A stretch of 64,000 nucleotides of DNA from Raillietiella orientalis (taxonomy: Eukaryota). Of this stretch, positions 1 to 11,900 are shown in pieces (positions within the stretch are counted from its first letter, which is position 1; every line of letters begins with the position of its first letter). A program made the translations under genes and the position numbers. Below the pieces are notes generated by a model. It made no database searches. It saw only the letters and a program-made list of their open reading frames with translations, and was not told the origin of the DNA. The stretch is taken from assembly GCA_036172245.1 (NCBI GenBank), contig JAYWIR010000054.1, positions 620,001 through 684,000 on the forward strand. The letters run 5' to 3'.

Positions 1-59
1 ATGTCTTTTTCGTCGAAATGTAGATCGGAAATTTCTATTTGAGGGATTTTTTTTTTCCC

Positions 60-1250
60 CAGAAATATAAATTTTCAAGTAGCCGATTCTGCCTTTCTTT
101 CTTTGCGTCTTCAGCCATTGAACTTTCGTCCAAACAGTATGAAGGAGGTGACACAGCAGAGCTCGAGGGACGTTTCCAAGAGGCGGGCGGTTCTCGAGTC
201 TCTTAGCGAGCCCAAAGGGGATTTCAATTAAAAAAAAAAAAAAAAGTTTAAATGCGTACACCGACTTTTAATGTGAAATTCTCACATCGTTTTGCAGATT
301 TACACCGAGAACTCTTATTTTTCAAGTCTTACACGAGATGTTTCGGAATTCGCATCAAGCTCTTCTATTCCTTCTTCGTTCCAATCTCAACACGTGAAAA
401 ATCAACCTCTCAGCTCGGCCGTAGTTTTCACAAAGGTTTCTTCCACACGTACATTCTTCCATTTTGCCGTTTTCCTCAGCAGCAGGTGTTGCTGGAGTCT
501 GAGCGATTGCCATTAATCGAATTCTGCAGTTCCGTGTACCCCATGTCATGGGAGCGCCTCGTGACACGGGAGCCCATCGGACTCATTACCACCAACCCCA
601 TTTTCTTGCTCGAATGATGTGCTTTTGTGCTAATTCCTTCCTAAGGTGCTGAGCTGATTTTCAGCCGGACCGTGGGGTCACTGAGAAACGGAAGAAAATT
701 ATCCCACCGTGGACGACTCTGCATGGGAAAGGGATGATGGCCAGTGAGAAAAGCTAAGAACCTTCCACGACGCAGAGGTCACGCATCTCATTTTTGCACT
801 CGGAAGCACCCTCGTGGCAACGCAAACTCCAACACACCTCCGTACTTCTCAAGGTAGAAGACTTGGAATTCGAAATTCACTTTATCGCTTCCAAGTGATT
901 TCCTGTCAGCGGATCAATCCACCCCCGCCTCATCTCACGTATCCAAGAATTTCTCGGCCGATTTTCTAAACAGAGACCTCTGCGACTTCAACACCAACAC
1001 TGAGTGATTAAGAACTTGAAGAAGGGGCTGAAAAGCCGTTACGAAGAAACTTGCTCAGTAAATAAGATGCAAGCGGGTCCATTTTCTTTCACGCTGCTGC
1101 CCAGTTCTCACCCGAATTATGTTGCTCTGTACATTCTCGCAGTTTCTGTTCAAATAGCGCGTTCCAAAAGAACCTATATGCCCATTAGCTGGGAACATGC
1201 AGGAATCTTCTTGCCTGGATGGCCACAAATCAACTGCACGAGGACTTCAC
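60..1250 (+). mobile_element. Two adjacent decayed C-terminal fragments of hAT (Buster/Charlie-type) transposase (~60-620 and ~700-1250)
   Basis: Broken frames give KFSHRFADLHRELLFF (cf. EFxxRFxDF), RFPQ...LIEFCSSVYPMSWERL (cf. FP.L...FGSTYxCE), LRTSQGR (cf. LxLQG+) and LLPSSHPNYVALYILAVSV. Motif match by eye only. Confidence 0.4.
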
Positions 1251-1939
1251 GAAGCCAGTAAAACTGCAGGCAGGAAAAGGACACTTTTTTTTTCTCTTTG
1301 AGGGGAAGGTGTGCATTTCTTGCCTTTTATGGATGCCCCCGCGAGCTGCGGATGAATGCTCATTGGATCGGACGTCGGCTGCGCCTGCTGCTCGCCGAGC
1401 ACGTGAGAAATGCTCTTCAGCAGACGCGGATGTCCGGAACCGGCGAAGAGCGAATGCCGATCCCTCGCCCACACCTCCTCCACTGGTCTCTCTGGGAGCC
1501 GGGAGGGAACGGCGTCGCGCGGGTTGGGGAGCGCCAGTGCACGCGTGCCGGCGGCGGGTTCTGGAGACGGGAGTGGATCGGGATGAGCCGACGGGAAGAG
1601 GAAGACGATTTTCGCACGGTTGCGGGGACAATCAAACCGTAAAGGGATTCATTGAAATTTAATTATTCCCAAAGAAAGCCTCGCGCCGCCGCCAGGTGGG
1701 CGTCAAGAGCGAGGAGGTGATTTGGTTTTCACCCGGGATCGCCGGGACGTTCGTTTAAACAAACTCTCGTTGGGTGGCTACTGGCCTTCGGATGATGGAG
1801 TTCCTTTTTGGGTTTTCTTTTTTTTGCCTTCGCTGTTTTCCTTCCAGCTTTTTCTTTCAGGTTTTCATTTTTCTTGGTTCGCCAAGTTCCTCAAGAACTG
1901 TCTCGCGCCTGGCGGCTCACGCAGCTCTTTAACGCCGTT

Positions 1940-2630
1940 CCATCCACCCGAGTGAGCGTGTAATTCTTCAAGATAGAGGGTACACCGGGAGATGACCATC
2001 CTATGAATCCAGGAGAGAAATCCGGAGAAGGGAGTCCCGTTCCTCTCCGGGGAGAGTTACCTTCGGGGAGGGATCCCCGAAGGTAACTCTCCACCCTGGT
2101 TGTCTCCAAAGAGAACAAATGAAATCTCCTTCCTTACTCTCTCCGAAGGGAACCTCTCCTGTTTACTCCTCTGAAGAGAACGCCGAAGGGACGCTTCCGA
2201 AATTTCTCAGAAGGACATCTCCAAAGGACGCGGCATGCTTCTTTGCACTCTGGAGAGGTATCATCAGTCAACCAGCTCCATGGTACGAGACGGAGGATGT
2301 CCCCGAAAGGGGGGTCCTCTCCTTCGCACAACCGGAGGGGAACCCCACTTGATTCAGTTCCTGGAAGGACCATGGAGGGTCGACTCCCAGCCCCGACCAC
2401 TCATCGGGGGCATCCGGTTTGAACCGCCACTGGTGCCGCATCTTAATGAATATAAGGCCAGAGTCATCTTGCAGGAGGAACTCGAACCCACGATGCACCC
2501 ATCCCTCAGCGTCGATTCCTGGAGCCTGGTGCCACGCGCAGAGACCGCAACCATGTGGCCTCCGACGGAGGCACATTTCACAGCTTGCCAGGAGTTCGGT
2601 GCGCAGACCGGAGAGGATGGCCTCGACAGC
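1940..2630 (+). mobile_element. Dispersed repeat copy A; decayed hAT transposase C-terminal half
   Basis: Clear nucleotide similarity to 13890-14510 (shared ccacccgag, cctctgaagagaac, gcactctggaga, ccatggtacg) and, inverted, to 23730-24200 and 29480-30100. Reads FTPLKRTPK (cf. HFP.LK). Confidence 0.55.
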
Positions 2631-3299
2631 AGAGAGGATGGTAAAAAATACAAACAAAAAAATAAACAGAAATACCTAAACGTCAATGGGCTCTGGGGGT
2701 CAGGGGAGGGGATCATCGCCTGCTGGAGCCCGTTCTCTCCATCCTTTGCAGGATGCTGGCAAGTTCGGCTATCCAGGTGGGGCCCTCTCGTTGTCCTACG
2801 TAAAAGTCGCAGGGTGTAGTGGATGGCGTCCCTTCCACTTCCTGGAGCTCCATTGGCGTCGCTCAACGCCGCCACGATCCCGTGTAGGCAGCAAAGCGCT
2901 GCTAATGATGCGGCAGGCGATAAAGGAAGTGATTTGGAAAGCAGGGAGGGCATCGGGATTCCCAATTTACCTGTTTCCCCTCTAGATCCAGCGTTTCTGG
3001 AAAGCCGCCTAGCGGCTCAGAATATTTCATCCCGCTGAGCGGGAATCAATTGCGGCTTTAAAATCGCTGGCCGCCGAAGTTTACGGGTTTTTCATGGCTT
3101 CAGGGCAAAGTGTTCCATCGTGGATAGTATCATCGTGAAAAAGCCTGAAATCGAATCCCGGATGTCTTTCGTTGAGCACTGTCAGACTCTTGTTACCACA
3201 GCGATTGTTTGGATCTGACGCCCGTCGAAGTAGGCATTGGCACCATCCTGGATCCACCACGACTCAGAGTTCCTCTTAGTTTTTCAACCTACCTTGGTT

Positions 3300-5400
3300 A
3301 TCCTGCAACAGAAGCTGGAGACCCCTCCAGTCTCAGACCCCCAGAGGTAGATTCTGTGGGTCTTTCCTACCTGCTATCGCATGGTCCCGGGCAAAAAGAC
3401 GAAAGAAGAAGAGGAAGGCAACGTACAACAAAGCCGGGCGGCGGACTGGCGTTTCCGTGCCAACGGACCGAGACGGCTTTTCTCGTTCCGCCGGTTCTGG
3501 CCCTTGCTGCTTGCGTGACATCGCTGCCTGGAACGCTTCTGGGTGTTCGGCACGCGGAAAGCATGCCAACCTTCTCCTTCGATCAGCTGTTCTACCTGCC
3601 TCTCTCAGCTTCCAGTGTTTTCTGAGATGCAGCTTCCCAGATGTCTGCTATTCTTTTTTTTCCTTTTTCCCCGAATCGCTCCTCTCTGCCATCTTCCAGG
3701 CCGAGCCATCTTGTGCTGTTTGGGGGAGCAAATTCCGGAGTGCGTGGTCGAGATCGTAAGTGGGCTGTGGTCGTCGTGCCAGCAGGTCGTCTCTGAGAGT
3801 GGGGGACGGTTTGGTTCCCTTCTTCCTCTCTCCCGTGGCAGACCGGGCCTCCTTCCAACCTCTTGGTGTGTGTCGATAGGAAAGGAGGGAGGGGTCATGC
3901 GTCGCTCTGCGGTAGACATCCGATGGGATGCGGGGCGGGGGAGGGAACCTGCCATTCTCGCGAAAGGCATGGCCAGGGATCACGCGTCGCCCTGCCGGAT
4001 CTGGAAAGATGCGACACATCCCTCTCCTCTCTTCGCGATGACCTTGGGAACAAATTTGCGAAAGATCGCGAGGATCCCTATCTTCCTTCCGCGCCGCGAC
4101 GATCCGAAGGGGGGAGCCGGGATGGAAGGTCTCTGCCCCTTCTCGGCATGCTCCTCCCTAGCGCGGTGCTCGCTCGAAAGGGGGTGGGGGTGGCAGGTTT
4201 ACCCGCACCTTTTCGGGTGCCTGCGGCAAGGCACCCTCGTGGACTCTTCCTCCGAATCAGCGCCGCCACCGTCGTCATGGCGCCGACTGGGTGGCTTCCA
4301 AGTTTCGGTCGCGGAACCTGCGCTCTCATCCGAGGGAAGCCTCTCCGCTCCAGAGGAAAGGTCGGAGGTGCCTTTCTCGGCGCGAGGAGCAACCGAGCTC
4401 TCAGGGGTTTTTGGGGGTGCCTCCTCCTCAGACAGGGGGTTAAGGGGGGTCGCCATCCCAAGCAAGAATTTCTCCGGGAAGGAAAGATGGCGTTCCTCCG
4501 GCAGTTGAGGGAACGTGTGATGTCCCCGCAGTCGGACGGTCTCCCTACCCCTGTAGGATTTGCAACCGCTGCGACATGGTGTTCCTCACTCGGGGGGTAG
4601 GTCGTCGCATCCCCCTCTTCGTCGAGAAATCTCCATGAAGAAACGTCCGTGGTCTCCTGGAAGCGGAGACTGAGGAGAAACGGCTGCTACAGAAAGCGAA
4701 AGGAGGAGGAGCACGAGCAGATGGTGGTGAAAAAGGAAGAGGAAAAACTAGAAGTCTTGGTTGAGGAAGACTGTTGGTGCAGGAAGGGTAGGAAGAGGAG
4801 GAAAATTATGACGGTGGTGATGCCAAAAAGAAAAGAGAAACCTGAACAGGTGGCGGCGATGACATGAGGGAGTAGAGGAAGAGAAGGAAGACAAGGATGA
4901 AGAAGCAGAGATGGTGGTAGTGGCGAAGAGGAGCAAAAGAAGGAGTAGGAAATAATAATGGTACTAGATGAGAAGAAGAAATGGAGGATGCCTGTCGGCT
5001 GTGCAGGAGACTCTCGCCTCCTTCCGTAGATGATCTTTTGCGAAAGGTTGCTTGAAATATCGATCCTTTTATTCTTAGAAGTGTCGTGGCCTCCGGAAAG
5101 CGGCTGCTGCATCATCGTGGAGCATTCCTTACCCACTTTTCCTCCTTTTCCCTCTTACAAGAAGGAAATTCGGAGAAAATCTGTGAGCATCCCTGCTGAG
5201 AGACCGCTTCCTCGAGGTAATCTCTCAGGGCGGTCCTTTGAGCCCTGAGGGCTGTAGTAATCGCGGACCGAGTCGTCATCTCCCTCGCTCTCCTCAGTGC
5301 TGGCTTCTCCTCCCGTCGGCTCTGGTCAACCCAAGGACCCTCGGGTAAGCTGTCGTTCCCTTCTGGAGAGGATCGCTAGGAACGGGCCACCCTGTCGTGG
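3300..5400 (-). mobile_element. Decayed near full-length hAT transposase, interrupted by a purine-rich tract at ~4700-4985
   Basis: Motifs in the expected order across stops and frameshifts: SVRDYYSPQ..LPRGS; ISSNLSQKIIYGRRRE (cf. LSxxT+xRR+E); LSLRFQETTDVSS (cf. SLxxDESTD+S); EEHHVA...GDITRSL; CWHDDHSPLTISTTH (cf. WxxDLxFLxDITxH). Confidence 0.5.
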
Positions 5401-5959
5401 AACTGGGGAAGCATCTTCCTCCAGCTGCCCTTCTGGTGTCCACCGTTCCCCTCTGCCAGGTCGCTTGGACTCCACTAGGTACTTCGGTGCTCTCTCGGGC
5501 GTGATCTTTGCGCCTCGCCTCCTCCGGCCGCCTCTGCTTCTTGGACTGCCTTGGGAAGAGGCGGGAGGGAGTCGAGCTCGGCGTTGACTATGGTCCCTGG
5601 AGCACTGGATTCTGCGCCTCCCGAACATGGCGCTGCGGGGACCACCTCCGTTTCCACCTTGGACCACAGAGGCGGCAAAAGGGACCGGAGTACCAGGAGA
5701 CCCCGAGTGTCGCAACCTTCCCCCTCCCTTCTGGCTCCGCCAAAGAAACACCCCCACGTGGCCGCTGCTACTGCTTCTTGGTTCTCACACAAGAAGTCGG
5801 AGCTCCTGCTCGCAGGAAGTTCCTTGAAGGACGCTCGTCTGGCGGGGTCCTCACCAACGCAGGCGCGGCAGCCGGGGGAAGCATCGAGTCTTGAGAAGGT
5901 GGACAGGAGGAGGAGAGAGATGGCTGCCCTCCAGGGAGAGCCTCCGAGATCCCTCTTTG

Positions 5960-8900
5960 TCACCTGCCTTCTTCCTTGTTCTTCTGCTGCTGCTCGACGC
6001 TCGGCGAAGACCTGCTGGCGCAAGAGTCGAAGCTCGAGAACGATCCGCTGCTCCTGCCGGCGTCCTTGAAGTACGGCGGCGAGCATCCGTCTCCGGCATC
6101 TACTACGCTTCCGGCACCGACGTGCGCCCGGAGGCTATCCATTCCGAAGGCCTCGTTGTCGTAGGAGAAGGGCGCTAGCGATGCAGCATGCGAGGAGAGC
6201 GTCCGGTGCACAACGATCTTGGGCTGCGCAGACGAAGAAGCAGCCTCTGCCTCGGACGTCGCCGGAGCCGCCTCCTCCGCACGTTCCTTCTCTTCCTCCT
6301 TCTCCCGAAGCGCCTCAGCCCCCGGGTCGGACCACGCCTCGGGCTTGTGGTGCCTTTCGAAACTGCTGCGGAGTGCCGGTCCGAGCCGGTCGCCAGCTCC
6401 GAGAGCACCAGCGGTAGGCGCGATGGCTGCCCCCCTCTCGAAGGGGAACGCGCGCCGCGCGTCAGCACCACTGAGGTCCATCACGGTCTGTGGGATATTC
6501 TCCGCCGACTGCGAGGTCGGCCTCGCCTTCTCGTTGTCGTGGAACCTCCTCACGGGGATGGAGTTGACGTGCGAAAGCAGCGACTTCTGGGACGTGGGTA
6601 CGCTGCAACGGAAACACGAGTGAGAAAAGGGAAGGGAGGGGTGGCAGAGTAGGCAGTAGGGCGAGGAGAGATATGACGATGTCGATGAGGGGTGGTGGTG
6701 GAGGAGAAGGACATGGGTGGAGAGGAACATTTGGAGGAGGGGGCGAGCTGGATGGACGATACCGGTCAGGGATGGTGATGGAGGAGATGTCGGAGGAGGA
6801 GACAGTGAGGCGAAGCGAACGTAGAGGGAACCGAGGAAGCCTCGCGACAAGGTCACATTCTTTACCCCTCCTGAGAGAGGCTTCGAACCAAGGAGAAGGT
6901 TCTTTACTTGTTGAAAGGATGCGAGAAACCCACGTCGTAGCTCTCTCCCGAAGTCTTGGAATGGCCAACGTGGATAGATCGGCTTCTGCCATGCTTCGGC
7001 GTTCGATGTCGGTCCACACCTACGGATACACAGAGAAGGAGCGGAGACGGCAAGCAGGAAGGAGAGCCGAAGACCCGAGTGTCCTGAGTGCGGGAGTACC
7101 TTGCGTTAGACCCTTGCGCTGGCGGTTCGGGTCTGCGCGTCTGTACCACCCTATCCTGACGTACAACTCTGACCCTACGCAACTCTGGCGGCGCAGGATC
7201 TCCTGCGGCCGCACGAGCGTGGGAGGGGAGCGGCTGCGGATCTACGAGGCGAGAGACAGTGTGGCCACTCTGGCTAGGTAGGCGACTCGAGAGGGAGTTT
7301 CTCGCGCAGGCGCAGAGCCCGTACTCGCGCTCTGTTCCGCACCGCAGGAGGGTGGCGCACCGAGCTGCCGCCAGGCTGCTGGGTCTCAGGAGGCGTCTAG
7401 CAGCCTACGGGGCGCCACGGCGCGAGGAGCGCTTGCTTCGCGCGCCACCGATGCTAGTTCGGCCTTAAAATCATCAGTGCGTGCATGCAGCGCTGTAGCG
7501 AGTCGCGGAGCCACTGCATGGCGCACGCGGAGCACAGGCGCGTCCGTCTCGCCGGCAGCAAGCAGGCGCCGGTCACCACGTGTCCCCTGACGAACTGCGG
7601 ATGCATTTTCACGCAAGACACGTGCCGCACGCGCGGAGGGATGCGGGGAAGTTCGTGACGGTTCGTGACGTCTTCGCGATGTCATGAGCCCCGTGGCGCA
7701 GCAAAATGGCTCCGGGAAGACCTGCGGCGCGGCACTACGGCATTCCTGCGCGCTCGCAGGAAAGTCAGGACTTCTTCCCAGCCCCACCACCACGCCAGTG
7801 AGGCACGCCACGTCGCACTGCGGATCGCACCGGAGCGCTGCACGCGGCAACCACACCGCAGGGTCTGCCCCTCCCTCGCTGCACCACCATCACCGCGCCA
7901 TGGTGGCTCCGCGTCCCCGTGCTCCGCGGTGAACTGCAGCGCAGTAGCAGGACACGGTACAGAGAGCCGCGGCATCTCAAAGAGGGTCGGTGGGCAAGCC
8001 GCAGGGGAATCTTCCGACAGCGGGTGGCCTCCTCCTTTCTTCCTTCTCCTCCCTCCGGAAGCAGCACTCAGCCCCCTGAAGGCTAGGTACAGTCCATCAA
8101 GTCCATGGAGGAGGAAGGAAAGGTGGATGAGGAGGAATTGAAGGGGAGGAAGAGGAGAAGGAAGAGGAAGGGAGGAGAAAGAGGAATTGAAGAGGAGAAG
8201 GAGTAGGAAGGGAGGAAGCGGGAGAGAGGAGGAAGAGGAATCCAAGAGGAGGAGAAAGAAAGGATACACGTGATATCCTCGGCTGTCCTCGAACAGCGCA
8301 CGGTAGCCCGGAGGCGAGCGAGCGCCCGTTCGGTCGGGTCTGTCGCGCGCGGGAGGGAAGGGAGGGTACAGGTTATTGGATTGTGGGTGGATCGGAAGAG
8401 GTTATCGAGGACGCGTACTCTCGGAGAGAGGATGGAAGGGATCTCAGGAGAGCAGCTACCTCGCAGCTCTGGAGGAAGGCGTCTCCCATTCCCACGGCAA
8501 CCGCGTGCGCGACCTCCTTTCTCACCAGACATGGGGAGGGACGTGTTGCGCTCGTCCGACCCCGCGGGTCGGAGGTCGGCCCGGGAGATCCGCTCGCGGC
8601 GCTGGCAGGGAGCAATCCGTGCAGAGGTGGGCAGCTGGCGCGGAGGTGATTCGCTCCCTGGAGGCGAAAAGGGTGAGGAAAGACGCGCGTGCAGGGGGAA
8701 GTCCCCAAGGCCATTGTAAGAGCTGCAGGAGCGCTACACGGAAAGCTGGTGTTGCCATGGCCTCCGGGTGGGTGTGCCACCCCGTAGAAATCCAGCGCGA
8801 CGCCTTTCTCTCTTTCCTTCCCGACTTCGGCGCTCCTGGCGGTGCTTGGAGACAACGAAGGGACAACTTTCTGCTCAAAGTCCGTCCCTCGTCCAGTCAC

Positions 8901-11900
8901 CAATGACTTGCTCGGGATCGCCACGGCATCTGGGTTTTCGTAAGCGACGGGAGGCCGGGTCTTCCCTGCAGACAGTGTTTGCGTCCCAGCGCGGTCACCG
9001 CGCAGCACTCGGCGGGAGCCTCACAGCGACCAGAGTCCGCCCGACCTGTCCCGCCGATACTTCTGAATCCTGGAATCGAAGGAAGACAAAAGAAGAAGGG
9101 GAAGAGGAGGAATAGGAAGGAGTTAAAAGGAAGAGGATGAATGAGAGAGAGGAAAAAAAGGATGAAAAGGAATCGAAGAAGAGGAGGAACAAGGAATGGG
9201 AAGGAAAAGGAAGAAAGGAGAAGGAGGAAAAAGAAAGGATGGGAGAAAAGGAGAGGAAGAAGAAGGAAAGTGGAGGTGGAGGTGAGCTTAAAGGTCACCC
9301 CCATCTGTCATCCCTCGGGGTCTGTGGTGCTGCACTCCCCAAGACGGCCAAAGCATCTCTCGAGGGGGCCGCCACGTTCGCACCACGTCTCTCTTGCAGA
9401 GCGGACCGTTGGGGCCGTGGCCTCCCCAGGGAGGTCAGCAGGCGGAAGGAAAGCGGCTGTGCCGACCGATCCGTAGGCGATACAAGAACGGACGGGGATG
9501 GAGGTCCTGACCTGCCCCTCGGTCGTGGGCGGTCCCTTGCGAGGGATTCGCGTTTTTCCCGCGCGGAGCCGACGTGTCCCTTGGCAGTCCCGGTACTTGC
9601 TGTTTCTCGCCTTCTCCCCGCCCCGCTCGAAGACCGAGCCCTCGCGTGGACACTCAAGCGCTGTATGGTCAGTCTGGATTGCCCGGCAGCGGCATCTGCA
9701 AGCGCGCTGCAGGTTTCCTCGGCGACCTCTTCGTCGCGTTCTGGCGCGCACCTTTCGCAAGCGCCTCGACTCCCCGGCTAGGCAGGCAACGTCGCAACCC
9801 AGGACTTCTCTCGGGGCAGCAGGGGGCTGCGAAAGGTCCAGCGGAAGGGGAGGTTCGTCCGTGCCGGTCAGTGGCGCGGCACCGAGGCGAGGCGATGAGT
9901 GTGGCGGAGAACTCGCAAGGGGGGTGGGTTGCCAAGCAACGGTGCTCGTGGCGGCAATGGTAGCATGTCAGCTTTCCAGGTGCGCTCACTCGACGCAGAG
10001 TCAGTGAGTGGCGTGTGTCCCGCAAAGGAGGCAAGGCGACCTCCTCTCCATCGCCATCCCCATCATCTCCATCTTTCATTGTCGTCTCAGTGTCGTCATC
10101 TTCTCCACTCCGGTACCCTCGTCGTCTCCATCATCATGAACATCCTTCGCCGCATCATAATCATCATCATCTGCATTGTCGACATTGTTCTATTGCCGTT
10201 ATTGCCGTCACAATCATTGTTGTCATCGTCATCATGTCGCCGTCATCAGCAGCCTCCCGTCCGTCATCGTGCCTTTGCAGTCGTGCTGTCGCTACCGTCA
10301 TCGTCCCATTCCCTCAGCCGCTGCCACATGTGAGCACGCGTCTCAGGAGCGTAACGCGAGCGCACGGATTTCCCGGACACGCTCCGCCTCTGCCCCGAGA
10401 AGGGAAAAGGAAAGGGAGTCTCTCACTTCCGCCCCTCCCTTCCCCCAGACATCCTCCTGACCACCCTCTCTTCGCGCTTCCGAGCTCCGCGCATCCTCAC
10501 TTGACGTGGACTGCAAGAAGCGAAGCAGACTGGTGCGCTTCCTCAGAGTGCTGCGCCTCTCTGCCATTTCGTCTTCGAGGATGTCCGGCATGACCATGGC
10601 CTGCTTCTGCTCCGAAACGCTGAAAGAGAAGGGGGTAAGATGATTCTCTCGCTGGAAGGACACTGGGCGGGCGGGGAACGAAAAAGGAAAAAACAAACAC
10701 CCAACAAAGCAAAACGCGTGCGTACACAAAACAAAAGCAAGGCACGGACTCCAAGGCGGCCGTGATCTCAAGGAAGGGAGGAGGAGGAGAAGGAAGAGAA
10801 GAATACGATGAAGAAGGGAAAGGGGGAAGGAGGAAGGAAAAAGAAGGGAGGAAGAAAGGAAGAGGACGAGAAAGAAAAGAAGGAAACGAGGAGGAGGAGA
10901 AAGAGAAGAAGACGAAGAAGAAGGGAATAGGAAGAGGGGGAAGAGAAAAAGATGAGGAAGAAGGGAAGAGGAGGCGGCGGCGACGGAGTAGACAGATGAG
11001 TGCAAAGGTCCAAGATGCACACGGACGCAGCCACGCGCAGGTACGCACGCGTGGTGGCGGGGATTCGTACCTCAGCTGGTACACCGAGCCTTTGTACGTC
11101 GGCTTCTTGAGGTTCAACGATGCTTCCGTGTACGGCAGCTCAATGCAGGAATTGTCGAAGAAAGAATCCTTAACGACCGGCGGCATGGACGCCATCGTGT
11201 TGTCCACCGCGAGGTAGGAGACCTTGAAGCACCCACAGGGAGGTGAAGCCTGCGCCGGGGTCACCCATGTCATGCCTGTATGTGCCGGTCGATCAGCCAG
11301 TTCAGCTCGAAGTCTTCGTCGTCCTCGCCGAAGGGGTTGATCAGCTCTTCCGCCACCTGCAACAAGCGGCGCGGAAGTGCTTGGAGAAGGCGGAGCGGGA
11401 GCGGCAACACCCACTTTGAGGAGCCCCATGTAGAAGAAGAACTGGAGCACGGTGTACAGGGGGAAGTAGGTGTCCAGCCAGATCTGGCGCGGATTGGTGC
11501 TCCCCTCCACGTACTGGCGCCCGATGAGGCAGGCGAAGAAGAAGGCGTACGTCGAGATGGTCACGACCTGCGGTCGAGAGGGGGATGACAGAATGGGGAG
11601 AGGGGAAACAGAAAGAAATAAAAGAGAGAGAGAGAGAGAGGCGGAAAGGAGAGGTCGGCAAGGTCAACGCGAGCACGCTAGTCTGCGCTCGCCACCTCAC
11701 CGTGCGCGACATCCGCCTGCTGCTCTGCTGGCTCTCCAGCCGGAGACCAGGGGAGGACGCTGCTCCCCCTCGCCACGGCGGTCGTGACGATGCGGGCGCA
11801 TTTTTCGTGTCAAAGCGCGGATTCTTCCCGGTCGGCCTGAGGCGAACCTGAACTGCCTCCGCAGAGCGATTCCCTGCGGGGTCTAGCCGCCTCCAGGGGA

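Noticed and set aside
8270..9980. Extra bestrophin exons or stop-codon readthrough suggested by long frames with single in-frame stops
   Set aside because: Phases do not fit, all three stop types occur, and the peptides match decayed hAT motifs. A clean in-phase gene model exists without them.
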